Assembly: GCA_035499455.1 (NCBI GenBank)
Contig: DATJYS010000005.1
Location: forward strand, 551,348 to 615,347
Length of the DNA stretch: 64,000 nucleotides
Direction: 5' to 3'
DNA from: Thermoplasmata archaeon
GTDB taxonomy: Archaea > Thermoplasmatota > Thermoplasmata > Lutacidiplasmatales > UBA184
The translations under genes and the position numbers were made by a program. Shown here piece after piece: positions 48,387-56,904 of this stretch (within the stretch, counting starts at the first letter, position 1; every line of letters starts with the position of its first letter). The notes beneath the pieces are model-generated. The model had not been told where the DNA came from. It ran no database searches and was given only the letters and a program-made list of their open reading frames with translations.

Positions 48387-49580
48387 ATGTCCGACCGACA
48401 GGAGATCCTCGTCCTCGGGGCGGGGATCGCCGGGGCCGCGGCCGCCCATCATCTCGCGCGGAGGTCCCTCGGGCCGCTGACCGTGTACGACCCGCGGACA
48501 CCGTCCGCCGGGGCGACGGGACGCGCCGCGGGAATCGTGACCGAGCAGATGTGGGACCGCTGGGACTTCGAGGTCGTGCGCGAGAGCCGGGCGGAGTACG
48601 CTCGCCTGGCCGCGGAGCGCGACCCTTCCGCCTACCGGGAGAACGGGTTCGCCCGTTGGACGGCTCGGACGGACATCGCGGCGGCGCTCGGGGAAGCGGG
48701 GGAGCGCCTCCGTGCCTGGGGCGCGAACGTCCGGCGCATCCCCTCGGCGGAGCTGAACTCGTTCCTCCCTGCGATGAAGACCGAGGGGATCCTCGACGCC
48801 TGGTTCGATCCGGACGACGGGGTCGTCACGCCGAGCCGCCTGACCGAGATCTATCTCGAGTCGGCGCGGGCCGCGGGAGCGGAGATCCTCCTCGGCGAAC
48901 CGTTCGGCGGACTCCGACGGGAGGGAGGGGACTGGACGGTGTCGATCGGACGCCGGACCGTCCGGAGCCACCGGGTGCTCGTCGCGGCCGGCGCCTGGTC
49001 GAAGCGACTGCTCGCGTCGGCCGGAGCTCCCCTACCGCTCGCGCCTTACCGCACGCAGGCCGCCCTGCTCCTGCCTACCCTGGCTCAGACCGCGGAGTTT
49101 CCCTCGGCGCACGACCTCGATCTTGACGTCTACCTCCGCCCCGAATCGAACGGCCGGATCCTCGCCGGGGACGGGACGCAACTGGTGGAGGTCGACCCCG
49201 AAACGGCGCCCTGGGGCAGCGATGCGGCGTTCGTCGAGCACCTCGCCGAAAGCGTCGGAGCGAGATTCCCCGGGTGGGCGGACGCGGATCTCGTCCGGGC
49301 CTGGGCGGGGGTCTGCGTGTCGACCCCGGACCGGAAGCCTCTCATAGGACCCGTCCCGGGCGCGGAGGGGCTCTACGCGCTCTGTGGGTTCAACGGGTTT
49401 GGGGTGATGCGGGCCGGCGGAGCGGCCCGTCGTCTCGCAGAAGCGATCTTGGCCGAGGGCTCGGCCCAGGCCGAGGAGGCGATCCGCCCGGTGCTCCCGT
49501 CGCGCTTTCCCGCGGAGCTTCCGTCGTTCGCGCCTCGTCCGGGGTTCACGCTCGAAGGCGGCCTCGACCCGCGATTCTAG
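48387..49580 (+). CDS. FAD-dependent oxidoreductase (DAO/sarcosine oxidase beta-like)
   Basis: GAGIAG, GATGRAAG, TPDRKPLIG, GFNGFG. Confidence 0.88.
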   Translation: MSDRQEILVLGAGIAGAAAAHHLARRSLGPLTVYDPRTPSAGATGRAAGIVTEQMWDRWDFEVVRESRAEYARLAAERDPSAYRENGFARWTARTDIAAALGEAGERLRAWGANVRRIPSAELNSFLPAMKTEGILDAWFDPDDGVVTPSRLTEIYLESARAAGAEILLGEPFGGLRREGGDWTVSIGRRTVRSHRVLVAAGAWSKRLLASAGAPLPLAPYRTQAALLLPTLAQTAEFPSAHDLDLDVYLRPESNGRILAGDGTQLVEVDPETAPWGSDAAFVEHLAESVGARFPGWADADLVRAWAGVCVSTPDRKPLIGPVPGAEGLYALCGFNGFGVMRAGGAARRLAEAILAEGSAQAEEAIRPVLPSRFPAELPSFAPRPGFTLEGGLDPRF

Positions 49581-49598
49581 CGCACCGACGGACCCCGA

Positions 49599-50513
49599 CT
49601 ACGGGGCCCCCGGCGCTCCGCCGGACGGGTCGTCGGCGCGCAGCCGGGCGAGCTTTTCGAGGAACTCGACCCCTTCCCCCGTCGTCATCGGTGTGCCGTC
49701 CTCGCGGGTCAGGGCCAGGCCGGCGCGGGCGCAGGCGCTCTCGGGGGACTGTCCGTCGAGGAGCGCGCGTACGGCGGTCCGTTCCCGCTGCGTGAGGACG
49801 AGGCCCCGGATCTCAAACTCCTCGAACGCCTCGAACGCGATCGGGGCGACCAGGCGGCCCAGCCGGGCCAGCTCGGCCGCGTAGACGCGGATCTCCTCCT
49901 GCGCGTGGAGGTCGAGGCGCAGCGATAGGAAATGGAAGAGATTCCAGAGATTCGTCTTCCAGTACCACTGCGTGTAGTACGAGACCGGGAGGACCAGCCG
50001 GGCGACCTCGCGTGCGACGCCCGCGTTCAGGGCCTTCTCGTACGCCGCGTAAGCGTCCCGCGAGATCCGGTCGAGGTCGTCGCGGAACCGCGCCACGGTC
50101 TCGGGAGGCAGCGGGTCCCCCCGGCCCTGGCGGTTGCGGGTCGACTGGCGGCGGATCGCCTCCGCCGGCAGCAGCTCGTACTCGTCGGGGACGATCGAGT
50201 AGCGCGCGCTCGCCTCGTTGAACGAGCCGGTCCGGTGCCGGATGAACTGGCGCGCGACGAAGATCGGGAGCCGGACGAGGAACTTCAGCTCCACCATCTC
50301 GAACGGAGTCGTGTGGCGGTGGCGCATCAGGTACCGAACGAGCCCGCGGTCGTCGCGGACCGTCTTCGTGCCGCGCCCGTAGGAGACCCGGGCCGCCTGG
50401 ACGATCGCCGCATCGTCCCCCATGTAGTCGACCAGGGCGACGAACCCGTGGGAGAGGACCGGGTGGCGGACCCCGATCTCCCGGTCCGCCGCGGGGGTCG
50501 ACGGGCGAACCAT
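49599..50513 (-). CDS. thyX: Flavin-dependent thymidylate synthase
   Basis: AARVSY, HTTPFE, RHRTGSFNEASARY, HAQEEIR. Confidence 0.95.
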   Translation of the reverse strand: MVRPSTPAADREIGVRHPVLSHGFVALVDYMGDDAAIVQAARVSYGRGTKTVRDDRGLVRYLMRHRHTTPFEMVELKFLVRLPIFVARQFIRHRTGSFNEASARYSIVPDEYELLPAEAIRRQSTRNRQGRGDPLPPETVARFRDDLDRISRDAYAAYEKALNAGVAREVARLVLPVSYYTQWYWKTNLWNLFHFLSLRLDLHAQEEIRVYAAELARLGRLVAPIAFEAFEEFEIRGLVLTQRERTAVRALLDGQSPESACARAGLALTREDGTPMTTGEGVEFLEKLARLRADDPSGGAPGAP

Positions 50514-50622
50514 CGGGGCGTCGGCGTCGGGCACGGGCCCGGAGCGGAGCCCGGTCATAAAACGGCGCGCTCGGCGGCGGGAAAGCGTATAGACCGCCGC
50601 TCGGTCGCACGCGGGGGATCGG

Positions 50623-52884
50623 ATGGCCCGCATCTTCGTCGGGATCGCCTGGCCGTACGCCAACGGTCCGTTCCACATCGGCCAGCTCGCCGGCGCGTTC
50701 CTCCCGGGCGACATCTTCGCCCGGTACCACCGGCTGCGCGGCAGCGAGGTCCTGATGGTCTCGGGCTCCGACATGCACGGGACCCCGGCGCTGGTCACGG
50801 CGGAGCGCGAGGGGGTCTCCCCGGCGGTCGTCACCGAACGGTTCCACGCGGTGAACAAGCGCTCGTTCGAGCGGCTCGGGTTCACGTTCGACCTCTACAC
50901 CCACACGCACACCCCGACGCACGAGCGGACGGTGCAGGAGACGTTCCTCGCCCTCCTCGAGCACGGGTTCGTCCGTCGTCGGACGGAGGAAGGGGCGTTC
51001 TGCCCGAAGCACGCTCGGTTCCTCCCGGACCGCTACCTGCTCGGCACCTGTCCGCACTGCGGCTTCGAGAACGCCCGCGGCGACGAGTGCGACCGATGCG
51101 GCCGCCCGGTCGAGCCCCGTCTCCTCGGGAACGCGCGCTGCTCGCTCTGCGGCACGCCCGCGGAGTTCCGCCCCTCGGAGCACTTCTATCTGGAGCTCGA
51201 CCAGCTCCAGACGCGGCTCGCCGAGTACGTGGCGGCCCAGGGGCACTGGCGAGCCCCGACCCGTCACGTGGCCGAGAACTTCCTCGCGGAGGGGCTTCAC
51301 CCGACCCCGATCACGCGTGACCTCGACTGGGGGGTCCCGATCCCGCTCGAGGGGTACGCGACGAAGCGGTTCTACGTCTGGTTCGACGCCGTCATCGGCT
51401 ACCTTTCCGCCTCGAAGGAGTGGGCGGCGAACGCCGGCCGCCCCGACGCCTGGCGCCGGTTCTGGGACGAGGGCGAATCGGTGCGGTCGTACTACTTCAT
51501 CGGGAAGGACAACCGGTTCTTCCACACGATCATCTGGCCGGGGATCCTCCTCGGCACGACCGGGCTCCAGCTGCCGTACGACGTCCCGGCGAACGAATGG
51601 CTGCTCGTGGGGGGCGGCAAGGTCTCCAAATCGCGCACCGCCGACGCGCAGGCGTTCCTCCCGGCGCTCCTCGACCGGTATCCTCCCGACGTGATCCGGT
51701 TCTACGCGGCCCTGCTCGCGCCCCAGAACCGCGACACCGAGCTCGATTGGACGGAGTTCGACCAGCTGTGGGAGGACTGGCTCGCCAATCAGTACGGGAA
51801 CCTGGTCCAACGCACGCTCGTGCTCGCGCGCGAGCGGTACGGGGGGAAGATTCCGGCCCCGCCCCCGGGCTGGGTGCCGGACGACTCGGCGGGCGTCGGC
51901 GAGCGCCTGCGGGCGGCGCACGCCCGCATCGGCGCCGAGTATGAGGCGGTCCACCTGAAGGAGGCCCTCGACCTCGCGCTCGCGGAGGTCCGGGAGGCGA
52001 ACCGTCGGTTCCACGACGCGAAGCCGTGGGACACCGAGGAGCCGGAGCGGGCGAGGGTCGTCTACGAGACCCTCTGGCGGCTGAAGGCGATCGCGCTCTG
52101 GCTCGCTCCGGTGATCCCGTTCTCCTCGGCCGAGGTGTTCCGCATGCTCGGCTACTCGGGAGTTCCTCCGGACGGGCACTGGGGCGACGCGCTCGTGCCA
52201 CCCCATCCTGGGCAGCCCCTGGGGGAGATCCGGCCGCTGTTCCCGAAGTCGCCCCGAGCCGCGGCGGCTACCCCGAGCCCGCCGACCCCGACGACCGCCG
52301 ATCCCGCGTCCGTTCCGCTCGCGGGCCGCGCCGGGGTCGTGCGGAGCGTCGCGGTCCACCCCTCCGCGGACAAGCTGTACGTGCTGGAGATCGACGTCGG
52401 TGAGGCGTCCCCCCGCACGGTCGTGGCGGGGCTCCGCCCATCGTACGCGCCCGAGGAGCTGACCGGCCGGGGAGTGGTCCTGCTCTCCAATCTCGCGCCG
52501 AGAACGATCCGGCGGATGACCTCGCAGGGGATGGTGCTCGCGGCCGAGGCGGGGGACCGCTCGTCGATCCTCGTACCGCCGGACGGGACCGCGCCCGGAA
52601 CGTACCTGGCCGGGGCCGGATCCGCCGACCGGACGATCTCCTACGAGGAGTTCGCATCGGTCCCGCTGCACATCGGCCGCGTCGTGGGGCCGGACCTGTC
52701 GGGCGGGAGCGAGATCGACCTCGGCGATCGACGGGTCTCGGCGCCCGGGGCCTGGCCGGCCGGAACGCTCTGCGTGGTGCGCCGTCCCGGACCGACGTCC
52801 GACCGGGGAGAGGTGGTCGCGTTCGGCCCGGGCCTCGCCGTGCGACCCCTCGCGGACGTCCCCCCCGGGGCGAAGGTCCGATGA
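50623..52884 (+). CDS. metG: Methionine--tRNA ligase
   Basis: PYANGPFHIGQ, zinc knuckles, YVWFDA, KVSKS, C-terminal tRNA-binding OB. Confidence 0.97.
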   Translation: MARIFVGIAWPYANGPFHIGQLAGAFLPGDIFARYHRLRGSEVLMVSGSDMHGTPALVTAEREGVSPAVVTERFHAVNKRSFERLGFTFDLYTHTHTPTHERTVQETFLALLEHGFVRRRTEEGAFCPKHARFLPDRYLLGTCPHCGFENARGDECDRCGRPVEPRLLGNARCSLCGTPAEFRPSEHFYLELDQLQTRLAEYVAAQGHWRAPTRHVAENFLAEGLHPTPITRDLDWGVPIPLEGYATKRFYVWFDAVIGYLSASKEWAANAGRPDAWRRFWDEGESVRSYYFIGKDNRFFHTIIWPGILLGTTGLQLPYDVPANEWLLVGGGKVSKSRTADAQAFLPALLDRYPPDVIRFYAALLAPQNRDTELDWTEFDQLWEDWLANQYGNLVQRTLVLARERYGGKIPAPPPGWVPDDSAGVGERLRAAHARIGAEYEAVHLKEALDLALAEVREANRRFHDAKPWDTEEPERARVVYETLWRLKAIALWLAPVIPFSSAEVFRMLGYSGVPPDGHWGDALVPPHPGQPLGEIRPLFPKSPRAAAATPSPPTPTTADPASVPLAGRAGVVRSVAVHPSADKLYVLEIDVGEASPRTVVAGLRPSYAPEELTGRGVVLLSNLAPRTIRRMTSQGMVLAAEAGDRSSILVPPDGTAPGTYLAGAGSADRTISYEEFASVPLHIGRVVGPDLSGGSEIDLGDRRVSAPGAWPAGTLCVVRRPGPTSDRGEVVAFGPGLAVRPLADVPPGAKVR

Positions 52885-53561
52885 CGGCGGAGTTCCGTCT
52901 CGACCTCCACGTCCACAGCGACCGATCTCCCGACTCTCGCCTCTCTCTCGACGCGATCGCCGCCCGCGTCCGTACCCTGGGCCTGAACGGGTTCGCGCTC
53001 ACCGATCATAATACGATCGACGGTTTTCCGGGGTTGCGGGATCTTCAGTCCCGGCACCCCGACCTCGTCGTCGTCCCGGGCGTGGAGGTGTCGACCCACG
53101 AAGGCCACCTCCTGGCCTACGGGGTCGCCTCGCTCCCGCCGATCCGACGGCCGCTCGAGGAGACCGTGCGCTGGATCCGGGACCACGGGGGAGAGGCGGT
53201 GCTCCCCCACCCGTTCCGTTTTTTCCATGGCGTCGGCGAGCGGGCCTCGCAACGGGTCGACATTCGGGCGATCGAGACCCTCAACGGGCAGACCTCCGCC
53301 CACGCGAACCGGGCCGCGGCCGCCGTCGCAGCCCGTCGCCGTTTGGCGGGAACGGGGGGGAGCGACGGCCACACCCTCGCCGGGGTCGGCCGGGCGTACA
53401 CTACGTTTGACCCGGTACCCGCGTCCGCCGAAGACGTGCTCGAGTCGATTCGCCGGGCGACCACGCGGGCAGACGGGGCGTCCCTGGGTGTGGGGGGGCG
53501 ACTCCGGTGGCTGCTCCGCAACGCGGCGCTCCGCAGCGCTCGGGGGTTCCGAGCGATCTAG
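52881..53561 (+). CDS. PHP-domain metallophosphoesterase
   Basis: DLHVHS, TDHN, GVEVST..GH, PHP, GGSDGH. Confidence 0.92.
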   Translation: MTAEFRLDLHVHSDRSPDSRLSLDAIAARVRTLGLNGFALTDHNTIDGFPGLRDLQSRHPDLVVVPGVEVSTHEGHLLAYGVASLPPIRRPLEETVRWIRDHGGEAVLPHPFRFFHGVGERASQRVDIRAIETLNGQTSAHANRAAAAVAARRRLAGTGGSDGHTLAGVGRAYTTFDPVPASAEDVLESIRRATTRADGASLGVGGRLRWLLRNAALRSARGFRAI

Positions 53562-53583
53562 TGGGAGCTCCCGCGAACGGGTC

Positions 53584-53616
53584 AAAAACGGGGCAGGCCC
53601 GCCCGGGCCTGCCCCG
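53584..53616 (-). terminator. Hairpin + U-tract terminator
   Basis: CGGGGCAGGCCCG/CGGGCCTGCCCCG inverted repeat (53589-53616) followed by TTTTT on the minus strand. Confidence 0.7.
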
Positions 53617-53624
53617 ACGCGGGC

Positions 53625-54071
53625 CTACAGCCCGAGCTGGAACCCGCCGGAGCCTCCCGCCGAGAAGAGACCCTGGATCGAGTTCCCGAGGGCGGTGAGT
53701 CCGGTCGCCGAAGCGAACGCGGAAAGGGTGCTCGAGACTCCGGGCACTCCCGCGTACGCGGCGGCCGCCACCGAGGCGATCCCCAGGGCGACCCCGAGGG
53801 CCGCCTTGACCGCGATGCTCGCCGTCCATCCGGCCGCGAGCGTACCGCTCCCGGCCGAGGCCGCGAGCGACGTGCCGGCCGCTCCCGCGGCCGACGCCGT
53901 CGCGGCACCGGACGCCGAGCCCGGTGCTCCGGCGGTGCCGCTCGGGGACGGGATCGTCAGCGACCCAGAACCCGACCCGGCGACTGACCCGCTCGCTGCT
54001 CCGGTGCTCCCTCCGGCCGTAGTGCTCGCTCCTGCCATCGCGCTTAGGCTGCTGCTTTCTGTCGCCATCAT
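53625..54071 (-). CDS. Ala/Gly/Ser-rich, nearly uncharged hypothetical protein
   Basis: ATG with upstream AGGGG; stop followed immediately by the terminator hairpin; fills the gap between PHP and tRNA. Confidence 0.6.
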   Translation of the reverse strand: MMATESSSLSAMAGASTTAGGSTGAASGSVAGSGSGSLTIPSPSGTAGAPGSASGAATASAAGAAGTSLAASAGSGTLAAGWTASIAVKAALGVALGIASVAAAAYAGVPGVSSTLSAFASATGLTALGNSIQGLFSAGGSGGFQLGL

Positions 54072-54226
54072 GGGCGTCTCAGTTCCCCTGGGCGGTCGGG
54101 GCTAGAAGTAATCCGGTACCGTTCCGCCTTCCTCCGGTTGGACATTTCGCCGCGCGGCTGACGGACGGTGCGGCGCCCTTGCCCCCTCTGGAGCGCTTTA
54201 AACCCCGTTCGGCTGGGACCCCTCGC

Positions 54227-54299
54227 GCCGAGGTGGCAGAATGGTTAATGCGACAGACTGCAGATCTGTTTCCTGGGGGTTCGATTCCCTCCCTCGGCT
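54227..54299 (+). tRNA. tRNA-Cys(GCA)
   Basis: GCCGAGG...ACAGA-CT-GCA-GA-TCTGT...GGGGG-TTCGATT-CCCTC-CCTCGGC-T; U73 discriminator; TATA CTTTAAA at about 54196. Confidence 0.96.
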
Positions 54300-54301
54300 G
54301 G
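54282..54301 (+). repeat. att core copy 1 (tRNA-Cys 3' end)
   Basis: CGATTCCCTCCCTCGGCTGG. Confidence 0.9.
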
Positions 54302-54326
54302 ATTTTCAGGGCGAGTCCGTGCCAGA

Positions 54327-54596
54327 TTATCGGAAGCGCTGATAGAATCCTGCCCGCGGTCCGAAGGTCAGGAAGTCGCAGCGACCTCGCCCGTCGAAGC
54401 GGAAGACCGCCCGGTATTCTCCCACGGCAAGCCGGTGGAGCGACCTCGAGCCCCGGATCGCGACAATGTCGAGGTCGCGAATCGGAAGAGTTCGAGCCGC
54501 ATCGAGCCGGGAAAGCGCGCCCAGGAAAGTGCGACGAATCCTTTCCGGCAGGAGCTCCAGCTCGCGCTGAGCCGCCTCCCGGACCGTGACTTCCAT
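54327..54596 (-). CDS. relE: RelE/ParE family toxin
   Basis: AQRELELLP, LHRLAVGEYRAVF, GPRAGFY. Confidence 0.88.
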   Translation of the reverse strand: MEVTVREAAQRELELLPERIRRTFLGALSRLDAARTLPIRDLDIVAIRGSRSLHRLAVGEYRAVFRFDGRGRCDFLTFGPRAGFYQRFR

Positions 54597-54826
54597 CAGG
54601 CTTTGGCGCGACGCGCAGCCAACCTTCGCCGCACTTCGGTGAGTTCCAGCGGGGGCGACTCACGGAGCCGGCGCTCCATCTCCTTGAGAAACGACTCCGG
54701 GGGGAACTGCTCGACGAACTCTTCGATCACGTTCTCGTAGGTTTGGCCGGGCCGCTTGTACAACTCCAAGACTCGACGAGTCGACTCGTGGACTTGGATC
54801 GAGGTCAGCGCATCGGTTCCGGACAC
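54596..54826 (-). CDS. Antitoxin, RHH-like
   Basis: TSIQVHESTRRVL...TYENVIEE; acidic middle; stop/start overlap with the toxin. Confidence 0.82.
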   Translation of the reverse strand: MSGTDALTSIQVHESTRRVLELYKRPGQTYENVIEEFVEQFPPESFLKEMERRLRESPPLELTEVRRRLAARRAKA

Positions 54827-54832
54827 ACGACT

Positions 54833-54849
54833 TCTATGGTATCCATAGA
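54833..54849. promoter_or_regulatory. Putative TA autoregulatory operator
   Basis: Perfect TCTATGG-N3-CCATAGA just upstream of the antitoxin start. Confidence 0.65.
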
Positions 54850-55077
54850 TATCACCGTTTCGCAGCGCGGCTCTTGGTCAATGGCCTGTCCTCCCCGGCT
54901 GCCTCCCCGGTGGCCAGCGAACTACCCCAGTCAGAAATCGCCGCGCGGCGTCATGCCCCCATCTATCGGACCGCACCTGCCCCCTAAGGACTCGAATGGA
55001 TCGACGAGTCGAACTACGCCCAAGACTCCAAGAGCCCGCCTTGGTTAGATTCAAGGCACACTACAGGTCTCATCAAC

Positions 55078-55581
55078 ATGGACGCCCAACAGACCTCCAC
55101 TAACGGAAAAATCCGGGCCTCCATGACCGAGGTACGTGTTCGGCTCGGAGCATTCGGCTGCGCGCTGGGGGCGGTCATGTCCGCGCTCTTTGTGCGGGTG
55201 TTTTACCCGTCGTTCTCTCCGTCCGTCTGGGGTCTGATCGCGTCTGGCTGGATAGGGACGATCCTGGGATGCTGGCTTTTACAACGTGACATTGCAGCGT
55301 ACGTCGAAGTCAGCGAGGCCGGCGTGACACTCGGATCTCCACGCCCCCGACCGGGCAGGGCGAATCATGTCCTCATTCCTTGGAAGGGCTTCAGGATGCT
55401 CGGCGCAAACAAACTGAATGTTCGGCTTGGAATCTTTCCATTCATCACCTCGGACCCATACCTGCCAGTGAATCTGACATACAGGCAGGCGAGAGCGGTC
55501 ATGAGTCACCCTTTGTTCCCGATCAAGGAGCGACCACCCTGGCTAGTTGCTCGACTCGGTCTACGGGGGCCGACCTACTGA
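55078..55581 (+). CDS. Hypothetical protein, two TMs plus soluble domain
   Basis: Two hydrophobic helices then V.VSEAGV...IPW (bacterial PH-like pattern); atypical codon usage. Confidence 0.6.
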   Translation: MDAQQTSTNGKIRASMTEVRVRLGAFGCALGAVMSALFVRVFYPSFSPSVWGLIASGWIGTILGCWLLQRDIAAYVEVSEAGVTLGSPRPRPGRANHVLIPWKGFRMLGANKLNVRLGIFPFITSDPYLPVNLTYRQARAVMSHPLFPIKERPPWLVARLGLRGPTY

Positions 55582-55904
55582 AGGTTCAACAACCAAGTCC
55601 GTCCGGGATTGAGATCTTCGCTCACGTGAGGGTCCTATCCTGAGTTGCATCTACGTCCTTCGGTTCATCGGTGAGCACGGTCGTATCCCCGCGGGGCAGA
55701 ACGGCTACGGGCAAGTTGCACTTTGTGTTGGCTGCTGTGCCGGTCCGGAGGCAATTGAATCCCGAGGTGAACTGCTACTACGGGATTGACCTGGAGGCGA
55801 AGCGACCCCGAGAGTGCCAGCGAATCCCGACCCTTCCTTACAGAGGCCAAGTTTAGAATGCCGCCACTCCCGAGCGTCTTTTGAATGGGGCTGCCCCAGC
55901 AGCA

Positions 55905-55943
55905 TCGGAACCGAACTTTCCGACGATACCCTCCCTCGGCTGG
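55905..55943 (+). repeat. att copy 2 (element arm + core)
   Basis: TCGGAACCGAACTTTCCGA-CGATACCCTCCCTCGGCTGG; core 19/20 identical to the tRNA end. Confidence 0.85.
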
Positions 55944-56413
55944 AATTCATCAACGCGTCGCCGCGGCGGGATGCTCGAGCCTTCCGAAGGAGCAGCGAAC
56001 GACGCACGGTCCTCGCGACCGCCCTAGGGCGCGATCGCGTACGATTGACCCCATCGACCGGACGCTGCGTCCGAAAGGGGATGGGTCTCCAGCGTGCTCT
56101 CGTGGAGCGGCCCATACGTCCTCTGGCCCAGCCGCTCCGCTACCTACCGCATCCCGGTCCAGGTGCGCCGGTTGCCAGGCGCTCGGAGATTCCGTCAACG
56201 AACGTCCTTCCCATTGCTGGGCTTTGACGGTCAGATCTCCCTCGATCGTCGCCGCTTCTCGGTACGCTTCCGCGAGTGTCTCGGGAACTCGGCTTCTTCG
56301 AACGCTCGATGGCGCCTCCGCCGAACCCGTCTCACCCCGTCTCAAGAAGGACGAATGGCCCGAACCCCGGAAGCTCGAGCCGCGAGTCGGCGCGCTTGGA
56401 GCACAATCGAAAT

Positions 56414-56450
56414 GTAGTGATGGCTAATTATTAGGACGACCTATTTATAA
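56414..56450 (+). promoter_or_regulatory. Tandem DtxR/MntR-type boxes overlapping BRE/TATA
   Basis: TTAGGACGACCTAT (56431-56444, matches TTAGG-N4-CCTAA at 9/10); weaker GTAGTGATGGCTAA (56414-56427); TTTATAA 56444-56450. Confidence 0.75.
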
Positions 56451-56470
56451 TGCCCGGCCGTGGGGGGCGC

Positions 56471-56902
56471 ATGGAGCCGCTCCAGAAGCTGACCCGTCGA
56501 CAAGTCGAGACCCTGCAAAGCATTCGGCTCCTCGAAACACCGGAGCGGGGCGCACCGCTGAAGCGGATCGCGGCATCGATGCATGTCAGCGCCCCGTCGG
56601 CGTTGGGCCACGTTACTCCGCTCGAGGGGCTCGGACTGGTCGAACGATATCGGGGGAAAAGTCGCCTCACGGCCCGGGGGCGCGGGACGCTTCTCGAGTA
56701 TCAACGACATCACCGCGTCGCAGAGAGCATGTTCGGTCGTCTCGGGCTCCCTCCTTCCGAGACCTGCGCCGCGGCGCGCGAGATCGATCTCGCGATCTCC
56801 CACCGCACCGTCGAGGACGTGTGCCGGGCGCAGGCCCACCCGACGACGTGTCCTCACGGTGAGCCGATTCCAGCGTGTTCTAGCGACCAGGGAGGTCACT
56901 GA
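56471..56902 (+). CDS. DtxR/MntR family metal-dependent repressor (atypical ligands)
   Basis: wHTH IAASMHVSAPSA...LTARG; RHHRVAE; HPTTCPHGEPIP. Confidence 0.88.
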   Translation: MEPLQKLTRRQVETLQSIRLLETPERGAPLKRIAASMHVSAPSALGHVTPLEGLGLVERYRGKSRLTARGRGTLLEYQRHHRVAESMFGRLGLPPSETCAAAREIDLAISHRTVEDVCRAQAHPTTCPHGEPIPACSSDQGGH

Positions 56903-56904
56903 CG

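Larger units (their letters stand above)
54302..55943. mobile_element. tRNA-Cys-integrated cassette 1 (toxin-antitoxin + orphan membrane protein), no integrase
   Basis: Bounded by att core copies 1 and 2; visibly more AT-rich than the flanks. Confidence 0.75.
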
